DNA of 64,000 bases from Bacteroidales bacterium (lineage in GTDB: Bacteria; Bacteroidota; Bacteroidia; Bacteroidales; BM520), in NCBI GenBank assembly GCA_016285515.1, contig JAEEQW010000011.1, positions 1,165 to 65,164 on the forward strand, given 5' to 3'. Below the pieces are notes generated by a model that saw only the letters and a program-made list of their open reading frames with translations, did not search any database and had not been told where the DNA came from. Positions 30,726 through 39,789 of this stretch are shown here, in pieces; positions within the stretch are counted from its first letter, which is position 1; the number at the start of each line of letters is the position of its first letter. Position numbers and translations under genes: made by a program.

Positions 30726-30839
30726 CGTGATTTTTAACTATAACTAATTGTGTTCCAGTTAGAAATATTTATAAGTCGCCAATAAAAAATGTGGGGTTAC
30801 TCTTTTCAGTTGATTAAAGGGAGTCCTTTGACTGTCTCA

Positions 30840-31382
30840 TCATCTTTTTTTGCTGAAAATAAGATTAATGATGGCAACAATATCCAGAGCATTGACAACT
30901 CCGTCTCCGTTTATATCGGCATCGTCAAAGACAAATTCTTCAGGGAGTGCTCCAAAGATATAATTGACGATGATGACGATGTCAAGTGCATTCACAGTAT
31001 CATCGCCATTGGCATCACCAGGCAAGCCGACTTCAGCTTCAAAGTTGGCCACATAGCTTGCGTCTTCGGTCACAGTGAAACTAAAGGTCGGGTTGGTCGA
31101 GACGACTATATTGTTCTTTGTCCAATTAACAAATATGTAACCATCATTAGCTGTAGCAGTCAAGGTACAGGTTATACCAATTTCGTATGTGCCTGCACCG
31201 GTCACAGTGCCACTGTTGGCTGGGTTGACCGTAGCCATAATCACGATACAACTGTCGAAAATGTTAGGGAACTCGTTCCACCCCTCGGCGTTTTGGTAGT
31301 CGCTCATCGAACCGCAAGGCACATAAACGTGGATGCTGTGGTCAATGCCATAAAAGGCATCGGCACCTACGGTTGGCGGCAT
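30840..31382 (-). pseudogene. 5'-truncated paralog of the LRR protein (LRR C-cap + repeat + dockerin)
   Basis: Begins mid-domain (PPTVGADAF..VYVPCGSMSDYQNAEGW) with no signal peptide, directly behind a terminator; dockerin GDANGDDTVNALDI / ADINGDGVVNALDI. Confidence 0.7.
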
Positions 31383-31412
31383 TTTAACCGGATTTTATGG
31401 AATGTCGGGCGC

Positions 31413-31447
31413 AAAAAAAACAGGGTGACCGTTGGGCCACCCTGTTT
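31413..31447 (-). terminator. Intrinsic terminator of the 1675-aa gene
   Basis: Minus strand aaacagggtggcc-caac-ggtcaccctgttttttt. Confidence 0.85.
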
Positions 31448-31471
31448 CGTTATTAATGCAGTTAATGTCAA

Positions 31472-34400
31472 TTACATTTTAACCACATTCTTGACTATTA
31501 CAGAACTGCCTGTGATGATGCGTACCAAGTAAGTACCCTTCTCAAAACCGTTCATGTTAATATTAGCTGATGAACCGTTAATGTCAGCATAACGTGCCAC
31601 AATCTGACCCATCATGTTCGAAATCACTATCTCGCTCATGTTTTCAGCTTCAATAGTAATCATGCCGTGAGTAGGATTAGGATAAACATTAGCTGTCACA
31701 GTCTCTTCGCCAATGCCAAGTGGATCGCCTTCAATGCCATCTACTGTTGCAGCTGTTGGTGTTGAGAAAATCATCTGTTCAATTGTTCCGTCAGCAATAT
31801 TCAGAATAGCATATTTACCTGGTTTAACAGTCTTGCCATCGAGGCTGTACGCCAAGAGCATATAACTGTCAGTACCTTGTACTCTGTCAATTACAGTTGA
31901 GAAACCATCAAACACATCGGTATTGGCTATTTCTATAGGAGCGTCAACCATTATCTGCATAGCTGAAAGTTCTTCTGTCAGTGAGATGTTAAGTACACCG
32001 TTCTCTATTGTATAGATAACAGGTTTGCCACCCATTGATTTATCAGGTTGATTATTTTGAATAATCAACAGAATAGCCTGGATATCACCAATATTTATTA
32101 CACCATCCTGATTAGCATCTGCGTTAATCACATTAAATGTAGGTAAATAGTATCCATACAGATAAGAAGCAACAGCCTGAACATCAGCGACGTTGACTAC
32201 ATTGTCTTCATTCACATCACCTAAAATACCAGGTAATATAAAGTTAGCTACGAGGTCATGGTCATCTGTAATTGCGAAAGTGTATGAAGCATCTGTAGAA
32301 ACTTCTATATCACCTTCTGTCCAATTGACAAACACATAAGAATCATTAGCAATTGCAGTAACTGTCACTAATGTGCCTTCCTCGTAAGTGCCTTCGCCTG
32401 TAACGATACCGCCTTCAGCTGGATTTGCAGTCAAAGTAACAGTATAATAATTGATAATTACTTCCTCGAAGTTTGCAACCAAATCGCGGTCTGACATAAC
32501 TGTGAATGTATAAGAAGCATCCTCTGAAACTACAGCATTGCCTTCGGTCCAGTATGTGAAAATGTAACCGTCATTAGCAGTTGCTGTAACTGTTAATAAT
32601 GTACCTTCCTCGTAAGTGCCTTCGCCTTCAACTGTACCGCCTTCAACTGGATTTGCAGTCAAAGTGACAGTATAATAATTGATAATTACTTCCTCGAAGT
32701 TTGCAACTAAGTCGCGGTCTGCAGTAACTGTGAATGTATAAGAAGCATCCTCTGAAACTACAGCATTGCCTTCGGTCCAGTATGTGAAAATGTAACCGTC
32801 ATTAGCAGTTGCAGTAACTGTTAATAATGTACCTTCCTCGTAAGTGCCTTCGCCTTCAACTGTACCGCCTTCAACTGGATTTGCAGTCAAAGTAACAGTA
32901 TAATAATTGATAATTACTTCTTCGAAGTTTGCAACTAAATCACGGTCTTCAGTGAGTGTGAAAGTATAATAAGCATCCTCAGAAACTATTGCATCACCTT
33001 CTGTCCAGTATGTGAAATAGTAACCGTCATTAGCAGTTGCAACAACTGTTACTTCGGTGCCTTCTTCGTATGTGCCTTCGCCTGTAACTTCACCGCCTTC
33101 AGCTGGATTTGCTGTCAAAGTTACTGTAAAATAATTAACAATTTCTTCTTCGAAGTTTGCAACTAAATCACGGTCTGCTGTAACTGTGAATGTATAAGAA
33201 GCATCTTCAGAAACAACAGCATTGCCTTCTGTCCAGTATGTGAAATAGTAACCGTCATTAGCAGTTGCAACAACTGTTACTTCAGTGCCTTCTTCGTATG
33301 TGCCTTCGCCTGCAACTTCACCGCCTTCAGCTGGATTTGCAACAACAGTGACTTCGTAATAAACAATTACTTCTTCGAAGTTAGCAACGAAATCATGGTC
33401 TTCGTTGATGATAAAAGTATAAGATGCTTCTGTGGAAACTATTTCATCTCCTTCAGTCCAGAAAGCAAATGTGTAACCGTCATTAGCTGAAGCTTCAATA
33501 GTTACTTCAGTGCCTTCTTCGTATGTGCCTTCGCCTGCAACTTCACCGCCTTCAGCTGGATTTGCAGTCAAAGTGACTGTGTAATATACAATTTCTTCCT
33601 CGAAGTTTGCAACCAAATCACGGTCTGTAGTAATTGTGAATGTATAAGAAGCATCCTCTGAAACAACAGCATTGCCTTCTGTCCAGTATGTGAAAATGTA
33701 ACCGTCATTAGCAGTTGCTGTAACTGTTACTGTTGTACCTTCCTCGAATATGCCTTCGCCTTCAACTGTACCGCCTTCAGCTGGATTTGCAGTCAAAGTG
33801 ACAGTATAATAATTAATAATTATTTCTTCGAAGTTAGCGATGAAATCATGGTCTTCGGTGATTGTGAAAGTATATGATGCATCTGTAGAAACTATTGCAT
33901 CACCTTCGGTCCAGTATGCAAATGTGTAACCAGCATTAGCATAAGCTTCAATAGTTACTGATGTGCCATGGATGTAAGTGCCTTCGCCTGTAACTGTACC
34001 ACCATCAACAGGATTTGCAGTTACTGTAACATCGTAAGTGTTTATTGGGAAATGAGCGATGAAATCATGGTCTTCGGTGATTGTGAATGTATAAGAAGCA
34101 TCCTCTGAAACTATTGCGTCACCTTCGGTCCAGTATGCAAATGTGTAACCATCATTAGCTGATGCTTCAATAGTTACTGATGTGCCTTCCTCGAATGTGC
34201 CTTCGCCTGTAACGATACCGCCTTCAGATGGATTTGCAGTCAAAATGACAGTATAATAATTGATAATTACTTCATCGAAGTTAGCGATGAAATCATGGTC
34301 TTCAGTGATTGTGAAAGTATAAGAAGCATTCTCTGAAACTATTGCATCACCTTCGGTCCAGTATGCAAATGTGTAGCCGTCATTAGCTGAAGCTTCAATA

Positions 34401-36499
34401 GTTACTGATGTGCCGTAGTCGTAAGTGCCTGCACCTGTAACTGAACCACCTTCAACAGGATTAGCAGCTACTGTCACATCGTAAGTGTTTAATGTGAAGT
34501 TTGCGATGAAATCATGGTCTTCGGTGATTGTGAAAGTATAAGAAGCATCCTCTGTAACTATTGCGTCACCTTCGGTCCAGTATGCAAATGTGTAGCCGTT
34601 ATTAGCTGAAGCTTCAATAGTTACTGATGTGCCGTAGTCGTAAGTTCCTGCGCCTGTAACTGTACCACCTTCAGCAGGATTTGCAGCTACTGTCACATCA
34701 TAAGTGTTTAATGTGAAGTTTGCGATGAAATCATGGTCTTCAGTGATTGTGAAAGTATAAGAAGCATCCTCTGAAACTATTGCATCACCCTCTGTCCAGT
34801 TAGCAAACGTGTAACCAGCATTAGCATAAGCTTCAATTGTTACTGATGTGCCGTAGTCGTAATTGCCTTCACCTGTAACTGTACCACCTTCAGCAGGATT
34901 TGCAGTTACTGTCACATCATAAGTGTTTATTGCAAAGTATGCGATGAAATCATGGTCATCGGTGATTATAAAAGTATAAGAAGCCTCCTCAGAAACTATT
35001 GCGGCACCTTCTGTCCAGATAGCAAATGTGTAACCAACATTAGCGGTAGCTTCAATAGTTACTGATGTGCCATAATCGTAAGTGCCTGCACCTGCAACTG
35101 AACCACCTTCAGCAGGATATGCTTCTACTGTCACATCGTAAGTGTTTAATGTGAAGTTTGCGATGAAATCATGGTCTTCGGTGATTATGAAAGTATAATA
35201 TGCAACTGTAGAAACCACTGTACCCTCTTCAGTCCAGTTAGCAAATGAGTAACCAATATTAGCGGTAGCAGCAATAGTAACTGATGCGCCTTCCTCGTAT
35301 GTGCCAGCGCCTACAACAATACCGCCTTCAGCAGGATTTGCAGCTACTGTCACATCGTAAGTGTTTATTGTGAAGTAAGCAACAAAATCATGATCTTCAG
35401 TTATTGTGAAAGTATAAGATGCATTTGGAGAAATTACTGCATCACCTTCTTTCCAGAAAGCAAATGTGTAGCCAGCATTAGCAGAAGCTTCAATAGTTAC
35501 TGAAGTGCCTTCTTCGTATGTTCCTGCACCAATAACTGTACCGCCTTCAGTTGGAACTGCTGTCACAGAAACTGTATAATAGTTAACAATTTGTTCATCG
35601 AAGTATGCGATGAAATCATGGTCATCGGTGATTGTGAAAGTATAAGCAGCATCCTCAGAAACTACTGCATCACCTTCTTTCCAGTTAGCAAATGTGTAGC
35701 CGTCATTAGCTGAAGCTTCAATAGTTACTGATGCGCCGTAGTTGTAAGTTCCTGCACCTGTAACTGTACCGCCTTCAGCAGGATTTGCAGCTACTGTCAC
35801 ATCGTAAGTGTTTAATGTGAAGTTAGCGATGAAATCATGGTCTTCGGTGATTGTGAAAGTATAAGATGCAGCTGTAGAAACTACTGCACCCTCTTCTGTC
35901 CAGTTAGCAAATGTGTAACCCACATTAGCGGTAGCGGCAATAGTTACCGAAGCGCCTTCTTCGTATGTTCCTGCACCTGTAACTATACCACCTACAGCCG
36001 GGTTAGCAGCTACTGTCACATCGAATGTGGCAGCAGCTACAGTTAAACTGCCGTTAACCACAATGCAAGAAAGTGGCCCACCTGACATGGAAGAAAGGAC
36101 AACGCTTTCCGGATTTAACTCAAAAGTTCCTGCTTCTGTGCCTATTACATCAAAAGTAAATATAGGGCCGTCATTACCGGAGAATGCAGTTGTTGGAAAT
36201 GCAAACAACAAAACTCTCAAAGTGTTAGTGTTAACAATTTGAGCATTGGACATGTGAGTTGAAGTTCTTGAAGTAAGGGAAAAAGACCCGGATACGTAAG
36301 TAATGGATTCATCCAAAGGAATATCCATTTGGATTGCTGCGGCTACATCTTCATTCGCGAGGTTAACGCTTATGGTAGTCTGAGCATTGACATCGGCATT
36401 GTAATCGCCGATAGAAAGAATGTTCTGCGAGAACGCAAATACGTTCCCAAAAACTAAGATTGCAGACAACAAAAATTTAAAGAATGTAGATTTTTTCAT
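31472..36499 (-). CDS. Large T9SS surface protein: cohesin-like domain, 17 divergent InlB-B-like (Flg_new_2-like) repeats, dockerin, CTD
   Basis: Signal peptide; N-domain SVNLANEDVAAAIQMDIPL...LRVLLFA...FSGNDGPIFTF...VVLS; repeats ANPAEGGTVTGAGTY..ANDGYTF..W; GDVNEDNVVNVADV..ADANQDGVINIGDI; VYPNPT..GTYLVRI..KNVVKM. Confidence 0.88.
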   Translation of the reverse strand: MKKSTFFKFLLSAILVFGNVFAFSQNILSIGDYNADVNAQTTISVNLANEDVAAAIQMDIPLDESITYVSGSFSLTSRTSTHMSNAQIVNTNTLRVLLFAFPTTAFSGNDGPIFTFDVIGTEAGTFELNPESVVLSSMSGGPLSCIVVNGSLTVAAATFDVTVAANPAVGGIVTGAGTYEEGASVTIAATANVGYTFANWTEEGAVVSTAASYTFTITEDHDFIANFTLNTYDVTVAANPAEGGTVTGAGTYNYGASVTIEASANDGYTFANWKEGDAVVSEDAAYTFTITDDHDFIAYFDEQIVNYYTVSVTAVPTEGGTVIGAGTYEEGTSVTIEASANAGYTFAFWKEGDAVISPNASYTFTITEDHDFVAYFTINTYDVTVAANPAEGGIVVGAGTYEEGASVTIAATANIGYSFANWTEEGTVVSTVAYYTFIITEDHDFIANFTLNTYDVTVEAYPAEGGSVAGAGTYDYGTSVTIEATANVGYTFAIWTEGAAIVSEEASYTFIITDDHDFIAYFAINTYDVTVTANPAEGGTVTGEGNYDYGTSVTIEAYANAGYTFANWTEGDAIVSEDASYTFTITEDHDFIANFTLNTYDVTVAANPAEGGTVTGAGTYDYGTSVTIEASANNGYTFAYWTEGDAIVTEDASYTFTITEDHDFIANFTLNTYDVTVAANPVEGGSVTGAGTYDYGTSVTIEASANDGYTFAYWTEGDAIVSENASYTFTITEDHDFIANFDEVIINYYTVILTANPSEGGIVTGEGTFEEGTSVTIEASANDGYTFAYWTEGDAIVSEDASYTFTITEDHDFIAHFPINTYDVTVTANPVDGGTVTGEGTYIHGTSVTIEAYANAGYTFAYWTEGDAIVSTDASYTFTITEDHDFIANFEEIIINYYTVTLTANPAEGGTVEGEGIFEEGTTVTVTATANDGYIFTYWTEGNAVVSEDASYTFTITTDRDLVANFEEEIVYYTVTLTANPAEGGEVAGEGTYEEGTEVTIEASANDGYTFAFWTEGDEIVSTEASYTFIINEDHDFVANFEEVIVYYEVTVVANPAEGGEVAGEGTYEEGTEVTVVATANDGYYFTYWTEGNAVVSEDASYTFTVTADRDLVANFEEEIVNYFTVTLTANPAEGGEVTGEGTYEEGTEVTVVATANDGYYFTYWTEGDAIVSEDAYYTFTLTEDRDLVANFEEVIINYYTVTLTANPVEGGTVEGEGTYEEGTLLTVTATANDGYIFTYWTEGNAVVSEDASYTFTVTADRDLVANFEEVIINYYTVTLTANPVEGGTVEGEGTYEEGTLLTVTATANDGYIFTYWTEGNAVVSEDASYTFTVMSDRDLVANFEEVIINYYTVTLTANPAEGGIVTGEGTYEEGTLVTVTAIANDSYVFVNWTEGDIEVSTDASYTFAITDDHDLVANFILPGILGDVNEDNVVNVADVQAVASYLYGYYLPTFNVINADANQDGVINIGDIQAILLIIQNNQPDKSMGGKPVIYTIENGVLNISLTEELSAMQIMVDAPIEIANTDVFDGFSTVIDRVQGTDSYMLLAYSLDGKTVKPGKYAILNIADGTIEQMIFSTPTAATVDGIEGDPLGIGEETVTANVYPNPTHGMITIEAENMSEIVISNMMGQIVARYADINGSSANINMNGFEKGTYLVRIITGSSVIVKNVVKM
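32240..36028 (-). repeat. 17 intragenic tandem repeats of 219-228 bp
   Basis: Counted from the translation; repeats 15 and 16 are nearly identical in DNA. Confidence 0.92.
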
Positions 36500-36579
36500 T
36501 TTTACATTTATTTAGTTTAACTTGTTTTTTCGTTCTGTTAATAAAACCAATATTCAATAAATATACAAACAACAAATTG

Positions 36580-36587
36580 CAAAGATA
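36580..36587 (-). promoter_or_regulatory. -7 promoter element for the large surface protein
   Basis: TATCTTTG on the minus strand, ~80 nt upstream of the ATG. Confidence 0.6.
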
Positions 36588-36667
36588 TTCCAAATATCTT
36601 ATTTAACGTGCAATTGTATATAATATTTTAGATATTTTATTAATAAATTATTAACAGATAAAATCGA

Positions 36668-37675
36668 TTAATCAATCAAAAGACTGACTTTCTTTTCAAT
36701 GGTATTTTCGTCATCGAACAAGATGGTGGAAATACCAACTTTATTTGCCCCTTCTATGTTTTCAATCCTGTCATCTATGAACAAGGATTCATTGGCTTTG
36801 AGGTCATATTTGTCTAACAGAAGTTTATAGAACTTCGGATTTGGCTTGGCTATTTTTTCAAAGCCTGAGACCAAAATCCCGTCAAAATCTTTAAAAAAGC
36901 TGAACTTCTCAAACGCATAGTGTATGGTGTCCTGGCACCAGTTTGACAGACCGTAAATTTTATACCCCTTACTTTTAAGTTTATAGATAAGATCAACAGT
37001 TTTCTGATATTGTTTGCCAAGCATTTCATCCCATCTGTCAATCATTGCCTGAACCACATGTTCATACTTCGGAAACATATCTTTCAGTTCCTGACATGCT
37101 TTGGGAAATGAATAGCCAATGTCTAAATTGTTGTTCCATGTCCGGGAGCATATAATGTCGAATAAAATCTGTATTTCCCTACTGTGGTCATCGAATTCGT
37201 CAATAAGGTAGTGAGGGTTCCAATCTATCAGTACCCCTCCGAAGTCAAATATGATATTTTTTATTTTAGGTTTTTCATAATCACTCCATTTGTCGCGATA
37301 TTCCTGCGGTATTGGCTTGGACACATTTTTCTCCCTGTCGAATGTTACAAGCACGACATGACAGACAGTCATAATCTCGTTGGTGTCAGCATTTACTAAA
37401 CGTTGAAGCATTTTTATGCTGCTGTTGCCAAGTTCATAGACATCTGTTTCACACACAATCTTATCATGAATGCGAATCGGTTTTTTGAAATCAATTTCGA
37501 TATGGACAACTATCAAATCGAAAGTCAGCCAGTTGATTTTCATTCCAAAAACATGCTCAAAATATTGTGTTCGGCCATAATCAAGAAGATGACATTGGGA
37601 GCCATTGTTTACATGGTTAAATGGATCAAGGTCACATAATCGTATTTGAATTGGACAGGAAAACATGGTAATCAA
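36668..37675 (-). CDS. Fusion: hotdog acyl-CoA thioesterase (4HBT/YbgC-like) + HAD phosphatase (YihX-like)
   Basis: N-terminal DLDPFNHVNN; C-terminal IFDFGGVL, LSN, KP and FIDDRIEN. Confidence 0.82.
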   Translation of the reverse strand: MITMFSCPIQIRLCDLDPFNHVNNGSQCHLLDYGRTQYFEHVFGMKINWLTFDLIVVHIEIDFKKPIRIHDKIVCETDVYELGNSSIKMLQRLVNADTNEIMTVCHVVLVTFDREKNVSKPIPQEYRDKWSDYEKPKIKNIIFDFGGVLIDWNPHYLIDEFDDHSREIQILFDIICSRTWNNNLDIGYSFPKACQELKDMFPKYEHVVQAMIDRWDEMLGKQYQKTVDLIYKLKSKGYKIYGLSNWCQDTIHYAFEKFSFFKDFDGILVSGFEKIAKPNPKFYKLLLDKYDLKANESLFIDDRIENIEGANKVGISTILFDDENTIEKKVSLLID

Positions 37676-37684
37676 TAAGTTACA

Positions 37685-38521
37685 TTAATATTTATAAGCG
37701 TTGCGAAGTTTTGCTATTTCATTGGCAAAGCCAGACAAATCGTCGTTAGGAGTTTCAAGGAAAAATGGCAGATGACAGAGACGTGGGTTGTTAGTTACGC
37801 GTGACAGGGCATCAAATCCTATTGTGCCTTCCCCTATTTTTGCATGGCGGTCCTTATGGCTTGAAAATGGATTCTTGCTGTCGTTTAGGTGAATAGCCTT
37901 CAGTCGGTCAAGTCCAATAACAGCATCAAATTCATCCAGTATCCCGTCAAGGTTGTTAACAACATCGTAGCCAGCATCGTTGATGTGGCAGGTATCCAGA
38001 CATACGCCAAGATGGTCGTTTAATTTCACGCCATCGATAATTCTGCGTAATTCTTCAAATTTGCTTCCAACCTCGGAACCTTTACCTGACATGGTCTCAA
38101 GAAGAACGGTAGTATGCTGTTCAGGCTGAAGAATCTGATTCAGAAATTCGATGATGATTTCAATTGCGACATCAATACCCTGCCCGACATGACTCCCAGG
38201 ATGAAAGTTATACATGTTACCCGGAACATATTCCATTCTTTGCATGTCATCTTTCATGACCATTAAGGCAAAATCTCTGACTTTTGAATCAGCGGAACAA
38301 GGATTTAACGTATATGGTGCGTGTGCGAGTATCTTTGTGAAATTATGTTCTTTAGAGAACTGAAGAAAATTTTTCACATCTTCTTTATCGATGTCCTTAG
38401 CCTTTCCGCCACGGGGATTGCGGGTAAAGAATTGAAAAGTGTTGGCATTAATGGAAACAGCATCTTTTGCCATTTGCATGAAACCGTTTGAAGCCGACAG
38501 ATGACAACCTATATTAAGCAT
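37685..38521 (-). CDS. nfo: Endonuclease IV
   Basis: HAPY, FHPG, LETM, DTCH, HLNDSK, KDRH and ETP motifs. Confidence 0.95.
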   Translation of the reverse strand: MLNIGCHLSASNGFMQMAKDAVSINANTFQFFTRNPRGGKAKDIDKEDVKNFLQFSKEHNFTKILAHAPYTLNPCSADSKVRDFALMVMKDDMQRMEYVPGNMYNFHPGSHVGQGIDVAIEIIIEFLNQILQPEQHTTVLLETMSGKGSEVGSKFEELRRIIDGVKLNDHLGVCLDTCHINDAGYDVVNNLDGILDEFDAVIGLDRLKAIHLNDSKNPFSSHKDRHAKIGEGTIGFDALSRVTNNPRLCHLPFFLETPNDDLSGFANEIAKLRNAYKY

Positions 38522-38707
38522 ATTAGTATTAGATTTTTTTGAAGTTGCAAAGATAGCACAATTACAAATTCCATATTCGAATCCGGAACAATTTTGTTCG
38601 AGACATGTTCAGACCATAATTGTGTCATAGCAAAAGTCAGATTTATGTTATAGACAAAAAAATATTAAATTTGCATTTTTAATAAAAAACAATTCAAGGA
38701 GATAATT

Positions 38708-39787
38708 ATGAGCCTGATAAAGCAACTACTATCGCAGAAGAACAGCATAAATAATTTTGTCCATCTGCTGTGCTGGATTATAATTTTCGCCACACCGCTT
38801 GTTTTCCTTGAAAGGGATGCAGAAGGATACATTGTATGGAGAGATTATCTGTCACACATTTCGGTTCCAATATCCTTTCTGATACTTTTTTATGCCAACT
38901 ATTCAATTATCACTCCAAGTTTCATATTCAACAGCGATATGGATATGAACAAAAAGATAATCTATTTCGCCAGCTTCAACATATATTTGATTCTTCTTGC
39001 CAATCTCTTCATTTTCTTTTGGGAAGGTCAGTTCGGGCCCAATGCATACGATGATGCGCATCTGATACTTGCCCATCCAGTTGGATTTTTCTTGCGCAAC
39101 ACATCACTTTGCATAGTATGTGTGTTGGTAAGTGTGCTATTACGGGCGAGTGCTGATATTAATGTAATGTATGAAAAAATGAAGGAAGTGGAAAAAGCCA
39201 AAACGGAAGCGGAATTGCAAAATCTTAAAAATCAGTTTAACCCACACTTTCTGCTTAACACCCTCAACAACATATATTCATTGATTCAGTTCGACACGGA
39301 AAAAGCACAGAGTGCCGTAAGCGACCTAAGTGACCTTTTGAGATATGCCATATACGATAGCAGACAGGAGTTTGTTCCACTAATCAAAGAGGTTGAGTTT
39401 ATAAAAGATTATATCGAACTGATGAAAATCAGACTCGATGAAAATTCTGTCGTTTCCGAAAATTTTGATGTCCACTCGGAAAAGACGATGATTGCCCCCA
39501 TGTTATTCATTTCATTGATAGAAAATGCCTTCAAACATGGAGTGTCATATAAAGAGGACAACTTTATTGATATTTCCATCTCGGAATCACTTGATGGAAA
39601 AAACGTAATTTGTTCCATTTCAAACAGTTATCACCCTAAGGACAATTATGACAAGAGTGGTTCTGGCATTGGTCTCAAACAAGTCAAACGTCGCCTTGAG
39701 TTAATATATCCTAATCATTATACGTGGAATCAGTCCATAAGCCCCGACAAAAAAGTATACAAATCAGAAATTATTATATCCCTTTAA
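38708..39787 (+). CDS. LytS/YehU-type sensor histidine kinase
   Basis: 4 TM segments; LKNQFNPHFLLNTLNNI, ENAFKHG, GIGL. Confidence 0.92.
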   Translation: MSLIKQLLSQKNSINNFVHLLCWIIIFATPLVFLERDAEGYIVWRDYLSHISVPISFLILFYANYSIITPSFIFNSDMDMNKKIIYFASFNIYLILLANLFIFFWEGQFGPNAYDDAHLILAHPVGFFLRNTSLCIVCVLVSVLLRASADINVMYEKMKEVEKAKTEAELQNLKNQFNPHFLLNTLNNIYSLIQFDTEKAQSAVSDLSDLLRYAIYDSRQEFVPLIKEVEFIKDYIELMKIRLDENSVVSENFDVHSEKTMIAPMLFISLIENAFKHGVSYKEDNFIDISISESLDGKNVICSISNSYHPKDNYDKSGSGIGLKQVKRRLELIYPNHYTWNQSISPDKKVYKSEIIISL

Positions 39788-39789
39788 TC

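Noticed and set aside
29656-31532. Long plus-strand ORFs 29656-30240 and 30789-31532
   Set aside because: They are antisense shadows of the LRR and dockerin genes with no recognisable motifs.
29068-32325. Dockerin duplicate pair as a DGR template/variable repeat
   Set aside because: Mismatches involve all bases rather than only adenines, both copies are coding, and no reverse transcriptase is in the window.
32240-36028. Tandem repeats as a CRISPR array
   Set aside because: The units are 219-228 bp, in frame and protein-coding, with no unique spacers or cas genes.
38596-38655. Possible LytTR direct repeats (tgtcatag / tgttatag, 23-nt spacing)
   Set aside because: Too short and degenerate in AT-rich DNA to support by eye.
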